Positions 22,801 to 37,074 of a stretch of 64,000 bases of DNA are shown here, in pieces (the first letter of the stretch is position 1; the number at the start of each line of letters is the position of its first letter). The notes below the pieces were generated by a model, which had not been told where the DNA came from, did not search any database, and saw only the letters and a list, made by a program, of their open reading frames with translations. The position numbers and the translations under genes were made by a program. This DNA is from Antedon mediterranea (Eukaryota > Animalia > Echinodermata): assembly GCF_964355755.1 (NCBI RefSeq), contig NC_092676.1, forward strand, positions 9,711,888 to 9,775,887. Direction: 5' to 3'.

Positions 22801-25800
22801 CCCACCAACGAGCTTGGTCATAAATTATTAAAACCCAACTTTTATCGCAAAAACCGTGAATTTATGTTTATTTATTTATCAATTTATTTTTTTTTTTTTA
22901 ATTCATTTCTTTTTTAAGGCTCGCCCAACACAATACATTTGTCTTCATCCTCCAGTCTGCCTCAAAGTCTGACCTGATATCATTTTGTTATTGCATTGTA
23001 CGTTATTATCTTTTATGCTTGTAAATAAATGTTACGAAACTAGTGTCAGCTTTTGAAGTAATCTCCCGCTTTTTAGCTTCTAAAAGGCACAGCGTTTAGT
23101 TTGTACAGCGATTCTCTATAGTAATGCATTTTTTTTACATTTTGTTTTTTAAAATCATGTTCGCAGTAACTTTATGATTTCGTTATTATCTTAACAGAAA
23201 CCTTCAAAAAAATTGATTGTTTTGATATTAAATTCGATATTTAAAGCCTTGTGAATGTTATACATTTTTTAAGCAAATGACTCGACTCCATACGCTACAT
23301 AGGCATAGTTGGACACAAACATGGCTGGCATGCACACCACGTGACTTTCTAAAATCAGTGAACGCAATGGCGTAACTCTCTCTATATATGGTCATGCCTA
23401 AAGATATTGGCATAATAGCAAACCAGGGGTATGCTAAAAGCATAATTTCATTTATCAAACAACTAAACAAAACAACTTTTTTGTTTTCCAAAATATCCAG
23501 AGAAATTGCATTTTAGCGAGAGGCCCAAGGGCTGCAGCTTGAAATACACGAAGACATTATTATTTATACAGATATTGCCTGCTTAGAGGTAAAATATAAG
23601 ATTTGACATTTGATGTCAAATCTTAAAGATATTTTGCTCGAGGGAATATACATTTCCCGAAGCGCCAGCTGAGGTAAATATAATTCTTGAGAGCATAATA
23701 TCATTTCCTGAGACGCGGCGTGTAAAACGTAATCTTGTGATGATGTGGACTAATCTTTGCGAGTTCGAGTCCCAGTAGATGACTTTTGTTTATTTATCAC
23801 CAAACGCGAGTGTTGCCACCACGTAAATTACACAGTCAATATCAAACTCCTTGAGAATTTATTGGATTTTATATGTTTAATGACAGAGGGACACGATAAT
23901 CACGCGAAAAGTACTCAGTCAATATCATCGTACTCTAGGAAATATACGATTTACGATCCTCGCAGCAGTAGTCATGTGATGCAGTTTTAACCAATCACGT
24001 TCACAAATTTACATAGGCTATGTAATATAGATTTATATACAGTATAGAGTTGTAAGGTCTGATTATAATATACAATTTTACACTAGCTGGCCGCTGTCCA
24101 GTGTTCCTGTCTGGCCTGGTGCTGACAAGTTTATATTGTATTAATTTATTTACATGTGAGCAATTCCAATATCTTCATATCAGGGACAGATTGCTATAAA
24201 ACCCTCTTAACTTAAAGCCTGTAATTAACAATAACAGATAAAGCCAGTAATTAACAGATAGACGGTCCTACTAAAGCCACCCCTGTTAGACCATCGCTGT
24301 AAATCAGTCTTAGCTGTAAAACAGTCTTAGCTGTAAAACAGTCTTAGCTAAAACCATGTACAGTAACAAATTGATGGCACATTTTATGCATAAGGTAATG
24401 TTTGTCATGATTGCTCAGGTTATGTACATTTTTACGTGAGAAAATATTTCTATAATATTGATCATTGTTATTATTTAATTTAAACACTTCTCGTTTCAAT
24501 GTGATGTCTTTTAGTTTTACGATCAAAATATGTAAATAAAAAGCAATGCCATGTTGACAAAAAGAGAGGTCTAAGACTGTTTAAGACTTTCTCGAGTAGG
24601 CTTTAAAGACTGCTTACAGGTTAGACCGCGGTATAGCAATGGTCTGTAATAAAGGTGGTTATGATTCTTGTCAAGGGTCCTGGGTGCAGCTCCTGTCATG
24701 TCAGGATTTTTTTCTAATGACAAATTACAACTCCACTCTCAAAGACTTGTGTATAAGTTTGTCTTGTGAACAGGATTGCCACTTAAGAATAGTGAATGCA
24801 TTTGCTTATGGTTATCCTTGGCAACTTGCCTGAATATATAAACAAAATAAATGTCAAATTAATTATTAGGTAAGTGTTAAGATAGTATAGAATCCGGCTA
24901 AGATGAATTTAATATTTGTGTTTTATATTATTATTGTACAGGGTGCCAACAGCTATGGACAGCTTGGTACAGGGAATACAACAGACACATTTACTCCTCA
25001 AAAAGTAGAATCTTTTCCGAATGAAGCAATCAAATGTATAAGAGGAGGTGGTGCACATACTGTTATAATTACAGGTAGGTCAAATGTGGTCCAACTATTA
25101 AGCCTTTATTGCACTGGTCTTATTAACTGAGTCACCAGCTAAATTGTTAAAAAAAGCCTGAACTTAAAACTGGAATACAATTCCCTCGGGTTACATTAAC
25201 CAAGACCAATGGTTACTTTTACTAACCATTACCTGCCCAGTAAAACCATTGGTCTTGGTGAAATTAATCATGCTGGCTAAAGTCCAATACAATTACAATA
25301 CATTACACATGATCTTTACCATGCGAATCAATGGAATACAATACAGAATGGTATACAAATAATAAATGTATGGTGGACAATATTTCATATGAGTTAAAAG
25401 ATTGACTGTTTGTTATATTTAAGAAAGCTTTGAGTTGTTTGATTTGTTTTGTTCAAAAAAGCTGAAAAATACTATCACACAACCGTTTAATAATAATATA
25501 CATCTATCAAACACCATCCATGTGACTCAAACAAAAAAATTTAATTGCATCGTTTTGTATTATAAATTTAGTGCAAACATATTGAAAAACAAGTCAACAG
25601 CTGTAATAATAACTCATGCTATACATAGGTTATTTTCCAGGAACTTAAGTTACTCTTCTTAAAGTTACACATATCATACAGTATGCTACTGTACCTAGAA
25701 GCCACAGACAAAGTTAATGGTATTTTTTGGAATATTGTTATTCCAATTAGATCAGGGTGGGCTTTTTATATTTGTAGGACAGTTTTTAGTTTGGAAAGGA

Positions 25801-28800
25801 AGTAAACAGACAGAGGTAAGCTAGAGGGGGTATACAGAAATACAGTATACTTTGAATCTGACTACATATGCCTATTAAACCGCTTAGGTGTTTCTCTTAC
25901 AGTAAAGGTTAGGTAAAGGTGAGTCCCGTGTTCTCAGAACGTAGGGGAATGAGCTGTTAGGAGCTCATTGTACTAAGCTTCTGCATTATGTGGTAGGGTG
26001 GCCAGTTCCTTTCCACGCCGCCTTTTTTCTCCCTAGTATTTTCAACCAGGTACTCTTTACAGCTGAGTGGACTGGGATTGTCGGGAATTGAACCCGGGTC
26101 TATCTGTATGACAGTCAAGTGTCCTAACCACTCGGCTATCCAACTCCACTCCACTACAACAGTAGTGTAAATTAAACCACTTGAACTCATGCGAACCATG
26201 TAACAATGGCATTACCTGTTTATTGAAAAACTTTTTTTTTCAGAGAGTGGTAGTCTTTATGTATGTGGTTGGAACAGCAAAGGTCAACTTGGCTTAGGTC
26301 ATCATGAAGATCAAGTGAATTTCCAAATTATTAAAAATATCCCACCAATTTGTGATGTTTCGTGTGGATGGGAACATACGTTAGCTATAACAGGTATTTA
26401 GCTTAAATATCTACAGTAATCAGGTTATTGATCAATATTATAGGCTCATTATTTCAGGGGCTGATTGCTATAGCAGTCTTAACTGAGGGTCTTAACTCCC
26501 TGATTAAAGCCAGCATTATCAGATAGACGGTCTTACTAAAGCCACCCTTGTTAGACCATTGCTATAAAACAGTCTTAGCTAAGACTACTTAAACAAAGTA
26601 AGTCAGAATTATAGCTAGATAAGACTGTTTATAGACCGCTTATAATAGCAATCTGCCCCTGGTCTCTTGGTCACAGCAAGATAATCTATCAACAGGATGC
26701 TGAGCTCCGGTGGAGCAAAGAGTTAATGTGTGGTTGCAACAAGATCACATATAGTTACTTATTATTTACCTCATTAAGCCGTAATTGAAAGAAAAATAAA
26801 GTTGACCAGAAGCACATGGTCAATGTAGGTTTTTTTTATCAGTAAAAATGAACAACCTTGGATTGGAGTTTAATTTATAGGATGCCTTACGAATGTACTC
26901 TTGACACTAAAACACAATACCTGCAGTTCAGATTTATACATATAATTCTTCCTACAAATAAGTTACTGCACAAGATTGGCCTGGTTCAAGATGATAAATA
27001 TTCTATTTGCAGTAAGGAAAAAAAAACAGTAGAATATCTAATATGGTCTTGCGAGAAAACTTCTAAATTGTGGGACGATGTGTTTTATTGGTTCAGGAAA
27101 TTAGACATCCGTTTTAAAATAAATTATATAGACATATGCTTTGGTATTTTTTAATACAAATATACAATTTTATTAACATGTTTTTTACTTCTTAAGGACT
27201 GGGTACTCTTTACAGAAACTGTGGAGAATAATATTGCAAAAAATAGAAATAAGGGTCATTCCATACCAAATCACCCAAAAAAAATGACATTTTAAACCCT
27301 ACTTTCTTCAAATTTGGTTTTTGGGTTATTTTTAGCCAAAAAACCTGAAATTTTTAATTTGAGCACCATACGACCAACGGTTCGCGCGCTACGCGCCGTC
27401 GTTTCTTTGCGGGCTATACTTAAATGACCGTATCTCCGTAACGTGTGGACCGATTTTGTTGTGACAGGTATCTTTGGAAAGCTAATTGTTAAAGCTATCC
27501 AAATCTTCTATTTACTTTTGAGATAGAACTATTTAAAAGATGTATAACTTATTCTATTCCATTTGACCTAGGATTTGACCTTGTGGGACAGATTTTTTTT
27601 AGATGAAATTTTGTGAAAATTATCTCCTACATGATATTTACATAATATAAAAAAATTGGAGATATATTATTTTTTGTTTGTTTTCTAGCTCATTTCAAAG
27701 TTGGCTTACTTCAACAATTCTGGTATTTCTATACAGTGTAGATGTATTGTCGACATTATATCACTACCAAATTTACCTCTTAATACTATGGGTGTCACTG
27801 TCAGATTATTTAAGACTATATAACAATGCTTTAATTATATTTTCATGCTCCATACAAAATAATTATTACTTAGGTAAACATCTGTACACCATTTGAGTAC
27901 CCCATTTGGTTAACCAAGGATGTACCATCAGTTTATGGCACTCTTTTCACACTTTCAAGCAAATTGAATCTTGAATTTTTTTTGTTTGATGATATAAACT
28001 TTGAAAACATTGATTTTTCTTTGCTGATCATCATTATTTTACATTTTTGTTCATTGTATTTTGTTCACTTATTTCTTTTCGTTCGTTCGTTCGTTCGTTT
28101 TTATTTCACAATGCATCAAACTTAATATTTTTACATAATAAGTATTAAATAAAAAAATGCACAGCCTGGAAAAGACCAAATAAGCTCAATATAGAGCTTT
28201 AAGCCTGGTTTCACCAGTACAAAATACACTAATAATTGTATCAATCAATTCTTCACTCATATTAGGCTATAATTACGTTATAAATGGCATGGACCGGGGG
28301 GACGATACGTGGGTTGGGGCAAGTAGGGTCCAGTCATTTCAAGTAAAAATACCACTTGCCCTGGTCCATGCCGTCTAGCTGCCATTTTATGCAATTTTTT
28401 TATGCCGTTTATAACGTAATTATAGCCTTATAAATCATGTGGTTATATTGCATTTTTTACAAAAACGTAAAATTGTAGTAACGTTTTAAAATTGCATAAA
28501 ATGGCAGCTAGACGGCATGGACCAGGGCAAGTGGTATTTTTACTTGAAATGACTGGACCCTACTTGCCCCAACCCATGTATCGTCACCCCGGTCCATGCC
28601 GTTTATAACGTAATTATAGCCTAATATGGGTGAAGAAATAAGTGAACAAAATACAATGAACAAAAATGTAAAATAATGATGATCAGCAAAGAACAATCAA
28701 TGTTTTCAAAGTTTATATCATCAAACAAAAAAAATTCAAGATTCAATTTGCTTGAAAGTGTGAAAAGAGTGCCATAAACTGATGGTACATCCTTGGCTAA

Positions 28801-31800
28801 CCAAATGGGGTACTCAAATGGTGTACAGATGTTTACCTAAGTAATAATTATTTTGTATGGAGCATGAAAATATAATTAAAGCATTGTTATAGTCTTAAAC
28901 TAGAAAGCCACTCCGAGAGGGCATACCTCCGCCTACAGTAAAATTCTCCTACATAAGATTTCTCCGGTAAAAAAAATATATACCGGTATATATATTTGTG
29001 TGTGTCTTAATGCTGTTTGTGATTTAGGCTAATTTCATTACAAGCATGGACGTGTATGCGAGTTTGGTGTAATGGTTATGTAACAAGCCTTTCAGTTAAC
29101 AATAGCTTCAGTTGACTAACAATAGAACAGCAACGCGAAAATCAAACGAGTGAATTTGAAAAGAAATAGGTTTTTTAAACTACTCGCATAAAAAAATGTG
29201 CACATTAAATCAAATTATGTTTTAAAATTACAAATCGCAAATTATAACTCTTGCCTCTTGTTAAAAAATAAAGTTTTTTGGACAAGTAGTTCTCGAGAAA
29301 ATGCAATTTCAGTTTACTTGTTACTTTAAGACTGCTCGCCGGCTTTTGAAAAATTCTGTCCTATCTTTTAACACTAGCAGGTCTAAAAAAGTATACTAAA
29401 AAGTGGTCCAGAATTGGGACTGTGGTCCCAAATGGTCCCAAAATTTAATGGAATGGTCCTTGACCACATATCAATCTGTCTATTCATTTTGGTAAAGATC
29501 TTGTAATTACTTTTTGAGTAATCCTGCTAACAAACAAACAAACAAACACACGCTACCGATTACATATACCTCCTTGACGGAGGTAAATTATCTGACAATG
29601 ACACCCATAGTATTAAGAGGTAAATTTGGTAGTGATATAATGTCGACAATACATCTACACTGTATAGAAATACCAGAATTGTTGAAGTAAGCCAACTTTG
29701 AAATGAGCTAGAAAGCAAAAAAAAATAATATATCTCCAATTTTTTTATATTATGTAAATATCATGATAGGAGATAATTTTCACAAAATTTCATCTAAAAA
29801 AAATATGTCCCACAAGGTCAAATCCTAGGTCAAATGGAATAGAATAAGTTATACATCTTTTAAATAGTTCTATCTCAAAAGTAAATAGAAGATTTGGATA
29901 GCTTTAACAATTAGCTTTCCAAAGATACCCGTCACAACAAAATTGGTCCACACGTTACGGAGATACGGTCATTTAAGTATAGCCTGCCACGTTTTGCAAA
30001 ATCGCGAAGAAACGACGGCGCGTAGCGCGCGAACCGTTGGTCGTATGGCGCTCAAATTAAAAATTTCAGGTTTTTTAGCTAAAAATAACCCAAATTTGAG
30101 CAAATTTGAAGAAAGTAGGGTTTAACCCATTGGGTGATTTGACATGGAATGACCCATAAGTATAATGTCCATATCAAAAAAGTATTGTAAACCAAATCAA
30201 GGAATAAGAGTTGAAAATGCAAAACTTGGTAATCATTATTGACAAGGGGTTATTATAGCTTGGTTTAACTTAAGAAATGATTATGATGAGGTATTTGTGG
30301 TATATCAAACATTGAAAGAGATAATGAAAAAAGAGAATGACGATTGAGATAATGTGACGTCCTCAAACGTCTTTGGTTTTCTTTTTGTTTTGTTCTGTTA
30401 AGTGTAATGTTTTTGATAAAAGGAGAAAAAAAAAAAGTTTTTGAAAAAAAAAAAAAAGGAACAACCTACTGTATTAAAACTACAAAATGGGCGTATAGAT
30501 TTAAAGTTTTGTGTTTGTGTTTTGGGATTCTACATCTTTAAACTATTTAATATTCTTATAAATCAAAAATTATAAATTGTATAAGTGTCTTTTTTAAATA
30601 ATAATAATAATTGTTTAAAAGAAAATTATGGTATTTTGTTTACATTAGTTTGCTTTCTACTTTTTTTAAATAGAAAATGGAAAACTGTATTCTTGGGGTG
30701 GAAATAATTTTAAACAATTAGGTGACAATCAAGCAAACAATGTAGAAACACCAACAATAGTTCAGGTAAAGTAATCTACAAATATAAGTACTTGTATATT
30801 TAAATTAAGTTGTTATCTGAGGTTATAGCGAGTGTGTGAAAATAGCTACAGTAGAAGCCCTAAAAGGGGACACCTTCAGTACCAAACAGTGTCCCCTGAA
30901 TATAGATTGTCACAGTTTTAAAACATTGCTCCTCATTTCTTTTATAAAGTGTCCCCTTAATAGAGGTGTCCAAAGAAGTGGTTCCACTGTATTAGTACAA
31001 CGCTGTAGCGAGAGGTTAAAAACATACAAGGAAAAGAGGCTTTAAATATAATTATGCGATAATAAAATCTGCGATTTCCCCAAACTTTACAAATGTCTTT
31101 GCTTATAATTATATGGCACAACACAGACAATTTTTAACAATCACACAATTAGATCACAAAGAGGTCAAATATACAGTGGTACTAATTTATTGGTACAGTA
31201 TTGTTATGCTGCAAAATATTTAGAAACCCTTTAAAGCTACTTTGCTTTATTTCCAACTAGACACTTTTATTCATGATTTGTTTAAATCGACTAAAATTAA
31301 AAACTACTTCAGAAAAAGGATAACATGGTTCACAAGGGTTCCCATGTCAGCTTAAACATCACTTGTAAACACCTCTTTGTTCTCAAGCATTTGGTCCTTG
31401 ATATTCTGCCATATGGCTTTATTTGAAAAGACAGTGTAATCCATCATTAAATATAAATAATTCATTATGAATAATACCATAATCTGTTTCAAAGTACATT
31501 TTAATAAAAGATACCTGGATCTTTTGTACTGATAATACTGTAGCTATATTAGGAAAAACAAATTTACTAGATCACTGACTAGTACAGTGGTGTAAAAGTA
31601 TGGTATTCTCCCAAAAATCGTTTTCCGCTATTTTTTCTTCTGCTTCCATCTAAAGGTGCGTTTTTCCTGATTTTTTTTAATTATATGAAAGGACATCGCG
31701 GTAGTGCATACACTTAGGCTCTAATGCCCCTTTTTACATATTTTCCTCCTTTAGTTAGCAAAACACAACAACATGAACATCAAAATGCATCAGCTCCTGG

Positions 31801-34800
31801 CACACCCACAAGGATTTTCTTTTAATTATTCATCTCTATGTTTTGATGGTTCTAAAAAACAAATTAGCACCCTCTAACTACAGTAAATGACAATAATAAT
31901 GTTATTTAGTATGCCAGGCTACATAATAAATCAAGCCCTGATAAATAATTATGTTTTTTTGTTTAAACATAGGCAATGGAAGCTTATACTGTGGTTGACA
32001 TAGCAGCTGGTTTGCGACATTCTGTAGTATTAACAAACACTGGGAAAGTGTGGGTATGGGGGGCTGGGGGTAAGGGGCAGCTTGGTGTTCATGTGCAAGG
32101 TTCTATTCCATCACAAGTTGCTATTCCAGAGCAAGGTAAGACTGATCCTTGACTGTTAATCACAATCAGCTCTATCATCATAATCAGCATCATTGTTACA
32201 ATTATGGAGATTAGACTAAGTTGAGCTGTCACACAAAGAACACAATTTTTTATGAAACGACAAATACCCAGATGGTCATTGGGTTGTAAAGTAATAACCC
32301 ACAAATAAAATATCCTGTGAGATCCTCCAAGCCCTCCCAACCCTTTTGGCGTTTCATAGAAATTAGCAGCAAATCAACTTTTATTGGCAGTTCATATCCA
32401 ATTATGACTATCATCACAAGTTGCTTCAACACAGTAAAGTTAAGATGCCATTATCACTTTTACAATAAACTATCAAATTATCGTTTGTTACTTTATCATC
32501 ATTATTTCCATATTTCAGAAAGGTATAACCACCAAATTATCGATATCATAATTGAATGTCATCATAACCATTTTTACCAATTACATCATCATCTTTCCTC
32601 CTTGTCCTGCTTTCTTTTTCTTCTTTCTCCTTTTTTTCTTTGTCTGTAATTATCATGTAACCTTCAATAACGTTGCTTAAAATGTTTTATTATTTCATTT
32701 GTATGTAGTACAACTTGGGAATATGATTGTAAAGCATGTAGCCTGTGGTGCATTTCACACTATTGCACTCACTGGTAAGTGTAAGGCATTCTATAGCGTA
32801 AACAACAATTACTAATTTAAAGGAAATGTGTATTAAAATACATAACCTAGAGATTTATCATAACAGAATGACAATTATTCAACAGTTTATAACAATCATT
32901 AAACAGTTTATAACAGTCATTGAACAAGATAATCAATCATTTAACAAGTTATAATATCACTATTGAACAGATTTCACACTCCTTAAACAAGTGTTAACAG
33001 TCAGCAGGTTAAACGGTCATTAAACAGGTTAAACACTATTAAACGGGTTATAACAACTATTGAAGACCCATCCCTACAATTGTTGACGTTTTGTACTTTA
33101 AAAGCATTAAACCAGGTCACTCCTTGTTTTAAATGTACGTTTTATGCTAAATTATGATAAAAAGAGAGAAACAATTGCCCTATACACTACCTAAAGTAGC
33201 CCGCAGTAAATGTCCTCTCGTGGACGGTCTTTAAGCCTAGACTAGCTAGACTTAGTTTTGTAGGCCTAGCTGGTAAACAGCAGTAAACGTACAAACATCG
33301 TACGCTAGATATAGCCTGACGTCTGTAGTTGCTGCATTAATTGTCTTTCTTTTTATGCCAGAATCTGTAAATAAAAATTGGGGGAACCCGGTATTTTTGG
33401 TGAAAAGCTTTGATTTTTCCATTTGTTTTGGCCTTCACGATCGATCGAAAATAGATGAATCACACAAGAAAAACGAAAATATCAATCCATGCGCAATGTA
33501 TGTTGAGATCCGCTAATGATTAGAATCGACTTTAAAAAAGTTATTGCAATAGGACCATATAGTATTTATTTTTACATTAAATTTAGTTTGTGATCTTAAA
33601 TTAGATCTAAAAAAACATAGGAAATGGGGCAGTTTATGACAATCATTCAACAGGTTGTAGCAATCATTAAAAAGATTAACCAATTGATAAATTTGTATGT
33701 ACATACAGTATTTAATGTTGTTTTGTAGATGATGATAAGTTAATGGTATGGGGAAGTAATAGAAGAGGTCAGTTAGGAGAGCTTCCTTATACACCAGACA
33801 ATGGTGAAGGTACACTGGTAGTAAGCCAGCCTAAATATCTTCCATCAAATGCCAAGAACATCAATACCATTTTTACAGGATGGAATCACTCTGTCTTTCA
33901 AACTTGTAAGTGATAATTTTCTTCTTGAAGCTTTGTCTCACTATCAAACTATATGATGACAAAAACATGATGGCCCAGTGCTCATAATATGTCCTAAATA
34001 CATTCCTGTCATTTGATTGGATGTTTGTGGTTCACATGGCTTTCAATAGTAATAATATTTATTATGTTATTAAAAGCCTAATGTTACTGTTTCAATCAAA
34101 ATGAAAATGTCTACGTTTTATTCAATCTGATTCAAATGACAGGAATCTATTTACAGTAGATGTTATACCCTGTATAAAACAAATAATGAATGTTTTATAT
34201 TCCTGTAATGGTACAAATAATGGCATGAGGTGAATGATGAAAGGTTATATTTCAATGATTCCAATAAATTGTCTATACTGGACAAAAAAATAATTGAACT
34301 ACAGGCTGATTAAAAAAGTGAATCTGAGAATTTACACATGAAACATTATTTGATAAAAAGAAATACACGAGTAAAAAAAAAAATGTTTATATAAAAAATA
34401 TAATAAATAAGAAATGAAAGACAGCTGCAATAACTATTTATGACATGATTAGCAATTAGTAATTTTTCGAAACTAAAATGTAAATGTTACTATTGATGAG
34501 AGTTAAATTAATTGTTTTCTTTGAAGGCGATGGAAGTTTATTCAGTTGGGGACGTGCAGATTATGGTCAATTAGGTCGTGTTGAGCATGAGCTACTATTG
34601 ACTTCGGCAGTGTATTCTGAGGGATGCTGCTATATACCAAAACCAGTTGAACTAGCTGAAAGAATAACTCAGGTATTTTATTTCTACAGATAATAATGAA
34701 TGCTTATGAGTATAATGATACAAATAATTTCATGAACTGAAAGATGAAAAGTTATATTTTCATGAGGCGACGCTGAGTGAAAGTGAATGTAATAAAAAGA

Positions 34801-36574
34801 AATTGTAGTACTCACACATAAAAGTGCAATAGAACATTTATGTAATACCAGGTGCATGGCCGTAGCCAGCATAAGGCAGATCTGAGAATTTCAATTTTCA
34901 CTACCCACCCCACAATTACCAAGTAGAGATCGTCATTATTTTTAATAATCATATTTAAACCATCTTTGCCTTGTCTGTTTTCAACCTCTCGCTACGACCT
35001 TAATGTGACCCACAATCCTTTAATCAAATAGATCTACACTTATACCCCTTTCACACCAAAACTCCCGGGGTTTATGACCATTCAAAACGTCAAGAAACTC
35101 CGTAGATACCCCTTTCACACCAACCTAGCAACACCAGGGTTTATAAAATAAAATTGTAAATGTCGTCCTCTATTTTGTTTAGAATCATTTTAATTAATAA
35201 TATTTTTAATTAAATAATTACTTTCAAAAGTCTCAGAAGTAATATAATGTTTTATTCATACTACTTATTATTTTCTAGACCTGCTATATATTTTGTACAA
35301 ATATTTAAAGTATTTTGAAATAAAACTAAAGCAATGAGTGATCGTGTGAGGATGACCTTTTCACCCGAAACACTCCGGAGTTTGATGTTGGTACCTTTCA
35401 CACCAAAACACCGGGGTGTCCCCGCAGTTCGCTCTCCGGAGAATGTTCAGCTGTTCAACCCCGCAGTTTTAAACTCCGGAGTTGCTTGATTTTACCTTTC
35501 ACACCAAACAGCGGGGCGTCAACTCCGGAGTGTCTCCTCAGTTTTGCTTTTGGTGTAAGGTGTGTTATAATATGAGTTGAATTTGCACACTAGTTGAATT
35601 TAGAGTTTTGAAAAACAACAACTTTTTACATTTAATTTTCTACATTTAATTTCTATTGTACTATCAAGTGGAGTTTATAGATTACTGGTGAAATACTGAC
35701 CTATGGGTCAAATATGATATGCAGCCTACTCACAATCATCAAACATATCATACTCATTTAGGAGTATTGTACTATGTAGAGAAAAATATGCAAGGTCTCC
35801 ATATCCTATAATGTTTTCCATAATCACTTTTCAATCAACTGTACACAAAATCCTGAATTTTAGATGTTCCAGTTAGAGCACGTAGAGGGACTATTTGTTG
35901 TTATTTATTTCCTCTGGTATACTGTATCCACAGACAGTGTCCTCCACTTACAGTCTACCTTTTTGGTGCAACATTTTCTCATCCAAACATTCTTAAATTA
36001 AATGTTAAATTACAGTGTATTGTATAGCTCCATGATAATTATTACAATAGAATACTTTTTTCTTCTAGATTTCATGTGGCTCTGAGCACAATTTGGCATT
36101 AACAGGTTAGCTTAAATGTTCTTTATTTCAACCCTAGAATAGTCTCATAATTTAAACCTACAAAAATCACATAAGCCCATATAAACACATTTCACCATTA
36201 AGAACGGCTAGTAGTAAAACATGTTTTGCTTAATTACTCAAAACCATCATGTTGTCCCATACTTCTCTTTGCCTTTTTGGGATTAGTATTGTATTAAGAT
36301 TGGGTGTGAAACAGCTTATACAATCATCAAGTACAGACAGCATCATGTCAGTCATTAGGAGTTTGAATAATAAAATGTTAATAATGTGTTTTATTCTGAA
36401 ACAGAAAACAATATTTTATATTCATGGGGCTGGAATGAACATGGCACATGTGGAGATGGAACAACAACCAATGTCTACCTTCCTCAACAAGTTCCTGACA
36501 TTAAGGGCTGGAAGCCAACATTAATTGGAGGTGGATATGGTCATTGCTTTACAGTGTGCGAACAAAGATGTTAA
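19871..36574 (+). CDS. SERGEF: Secretion-regulating guanine nucleotide exchange factor (DelGEF; RCC1-repeat beta-propeller)
   Basis: Exons 19871-19903, 24942-25074, 26244-26393, 30674-30765, 31973-32135, 32709-32774, 33729-33905, 34527-34672, 36069-36105 and 36405-36574, GT-AG and in phase. Motifs FSW|GANSYGQLG, CGWNSKGQLG, AAGLRHS, SWGRADYGQLG, CGSEHNLA, SWGWNEHGTCGDG. Confidence 0.92.
20342..22761. repeat. GAAAACAGAGACCC / GGGTCTCTGTTTTC hairpin-unit repeat, split by the 20489 insertion
   Basis: ~70-bp units with internal inverted halves at 20342-20488 and 22597-22761. Confidence 0.6.
20489..22596. mobile_element. GG...CC long-TIR DNA transposon with 8-bp TSD (MULE-like)
   Basis: Perfect TSD CTCTGTTT (20481-20488; 22597-22604). 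Imperfect inverted arms of ~500 bp carry repeated GAAATCGGTCGCG. The left arm has a short poly-A-tailed retro-insertion at ~20857-20978. Confidence 0.85.
25903..26149 (-). mobile_element. tRNA-derived SINE
   Basis: Box A TAGCCGAGTGG, box B GGTTCAATTCC, core CAGTCCACTCAGCTGTAAAGAGTACCTGG, (TTTACC)-type tail. Confidence 0.75.
26455..26661. mobile_element. MITE (CAGGGGC...GCCCCTG); related copy at ~24181-24645
   Basis: TIRs CAGGGGCTGATTGCTATA / ATAGCAATCTGCCCCTG. Internal AGATAGACGGTC.TACTAAAGCCACCC is shared with ~24256-24283. Confidence 0.65.
28078..28250 (-). mobile_element. Short 5'-truncated retroposon with (AACG)n tail in the left arm of the foldback
   Basis: Absent from the right arm. 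On the minus strand it reads AATAAAAACGAACGAACGAACG. Confidence 0.6.
28900..29586 (-). mobile_element. DINE-1/HINE-like (Helentron-associated) non-autonomous element
   Basis: Present only in the right arm of the foldback. Minus strand reads TTACCTCCGTCAAGGAGGT, a (GTTT)n microsatellite, then GGCGGAGGTATGCCCTCTCGGAGTGGCTTTCTAG. Inserted in a T-run with no TSD. Confidence 0.7.
32870..33065. repeat. Degenerate ~21-bp tandem repeat (AACAGTTTATAACAATCATTA)
   Basis: Successive imperfect units in SERGEF intron 6. Confidence 0.6.
35043..35565. mobile_element. MITE with repeated CCTTTCACACCAAA and ACTCCGGAG motifs (Harbinger-like)
   Basis: Left TACCCCTTTCACACCAAA, right TTTGGTGTAAGGTGTG. The terminal motif is reiterated internally. 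Confidence 0.55.
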
Positions 36575-36690
36575 TCAGATTAATTCATTTTAAAAGCTAT
36601 ATTATTAGAATGTTTTTAGGTGCACTTACAACCACACATTGTATGTAGGAATGTCATAGAGTAGAATACAGTACCTACTACGGTGACACC

Positions 36691-37074
36691 TATAGAGTAT
36701 CACGGTGTGACATCACAACGATAGAGGGCGCTGCATGATTGCTAGCCAACCAAAAAATGCGTTTAGCGCTACTATGTTGATAAACAGTAAAGATCTGTAT
36801 TTCTATCAAATTATGTATCTTAGCTTGATTTTTTTTAACTTAAACTGTAGTTGAAGAATAAATAGATTATTAAAAACAAATATTTAGTGATATTTTGAAA
36901 TTTTAGTTTGTTTTTATTAAAAATTATTAAGTTTTAAAATGACTACGTCAATAAGCCTATTTCAAACCATTGATGACTTTGGAGTCACTCAGGCAGGCTG
37001 AACGCATTTTTTGTTGCGCTAGTAACCACGCAGTGCCACCTACCGTCGTGACGTCAGCACCGTGATACTCTATA
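36691..37074. mobile_element. MITE with TAGAGTATCACGGTG TIRs (possibly Academ-type), nested in a CAGTA...TACTG Tc1/pogo-type MITE (~36669-37225)
   Basis: TATAGAGTATCACGGTGTGACATCAC / GTGACGTCAGCACCGTGATACTCTATA. The host family resembles 30848-30990. Confidence 0.65.

Larger units (their letters stand above)
27253..30155. mobile_element. Sola2-like non-autonomous foldback element, almost fully palindromic
   Basis: Termini GGGTCATTCCAT...ATGGAATGACCC with 4-bp TSD ATAA (27249-27252; 30156-30159). Near-identical inverted arms of ~1 kb meet at ~28430-28490. Confidence 0.88.
26850..30457 (+). mobile_element. 3' end of an L1/Tx1-like LINE (zf-RVT region and poly-A), split by the Sola2-like foldback
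   Basis: QYLQFRFIHIILPTNKLLHKIG...CSKEKKTVEYLIWSC at 26858-27154. The sequence resumes after 30155 and ends in A-tracts at 30426-30457. Confidence 0.65.
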
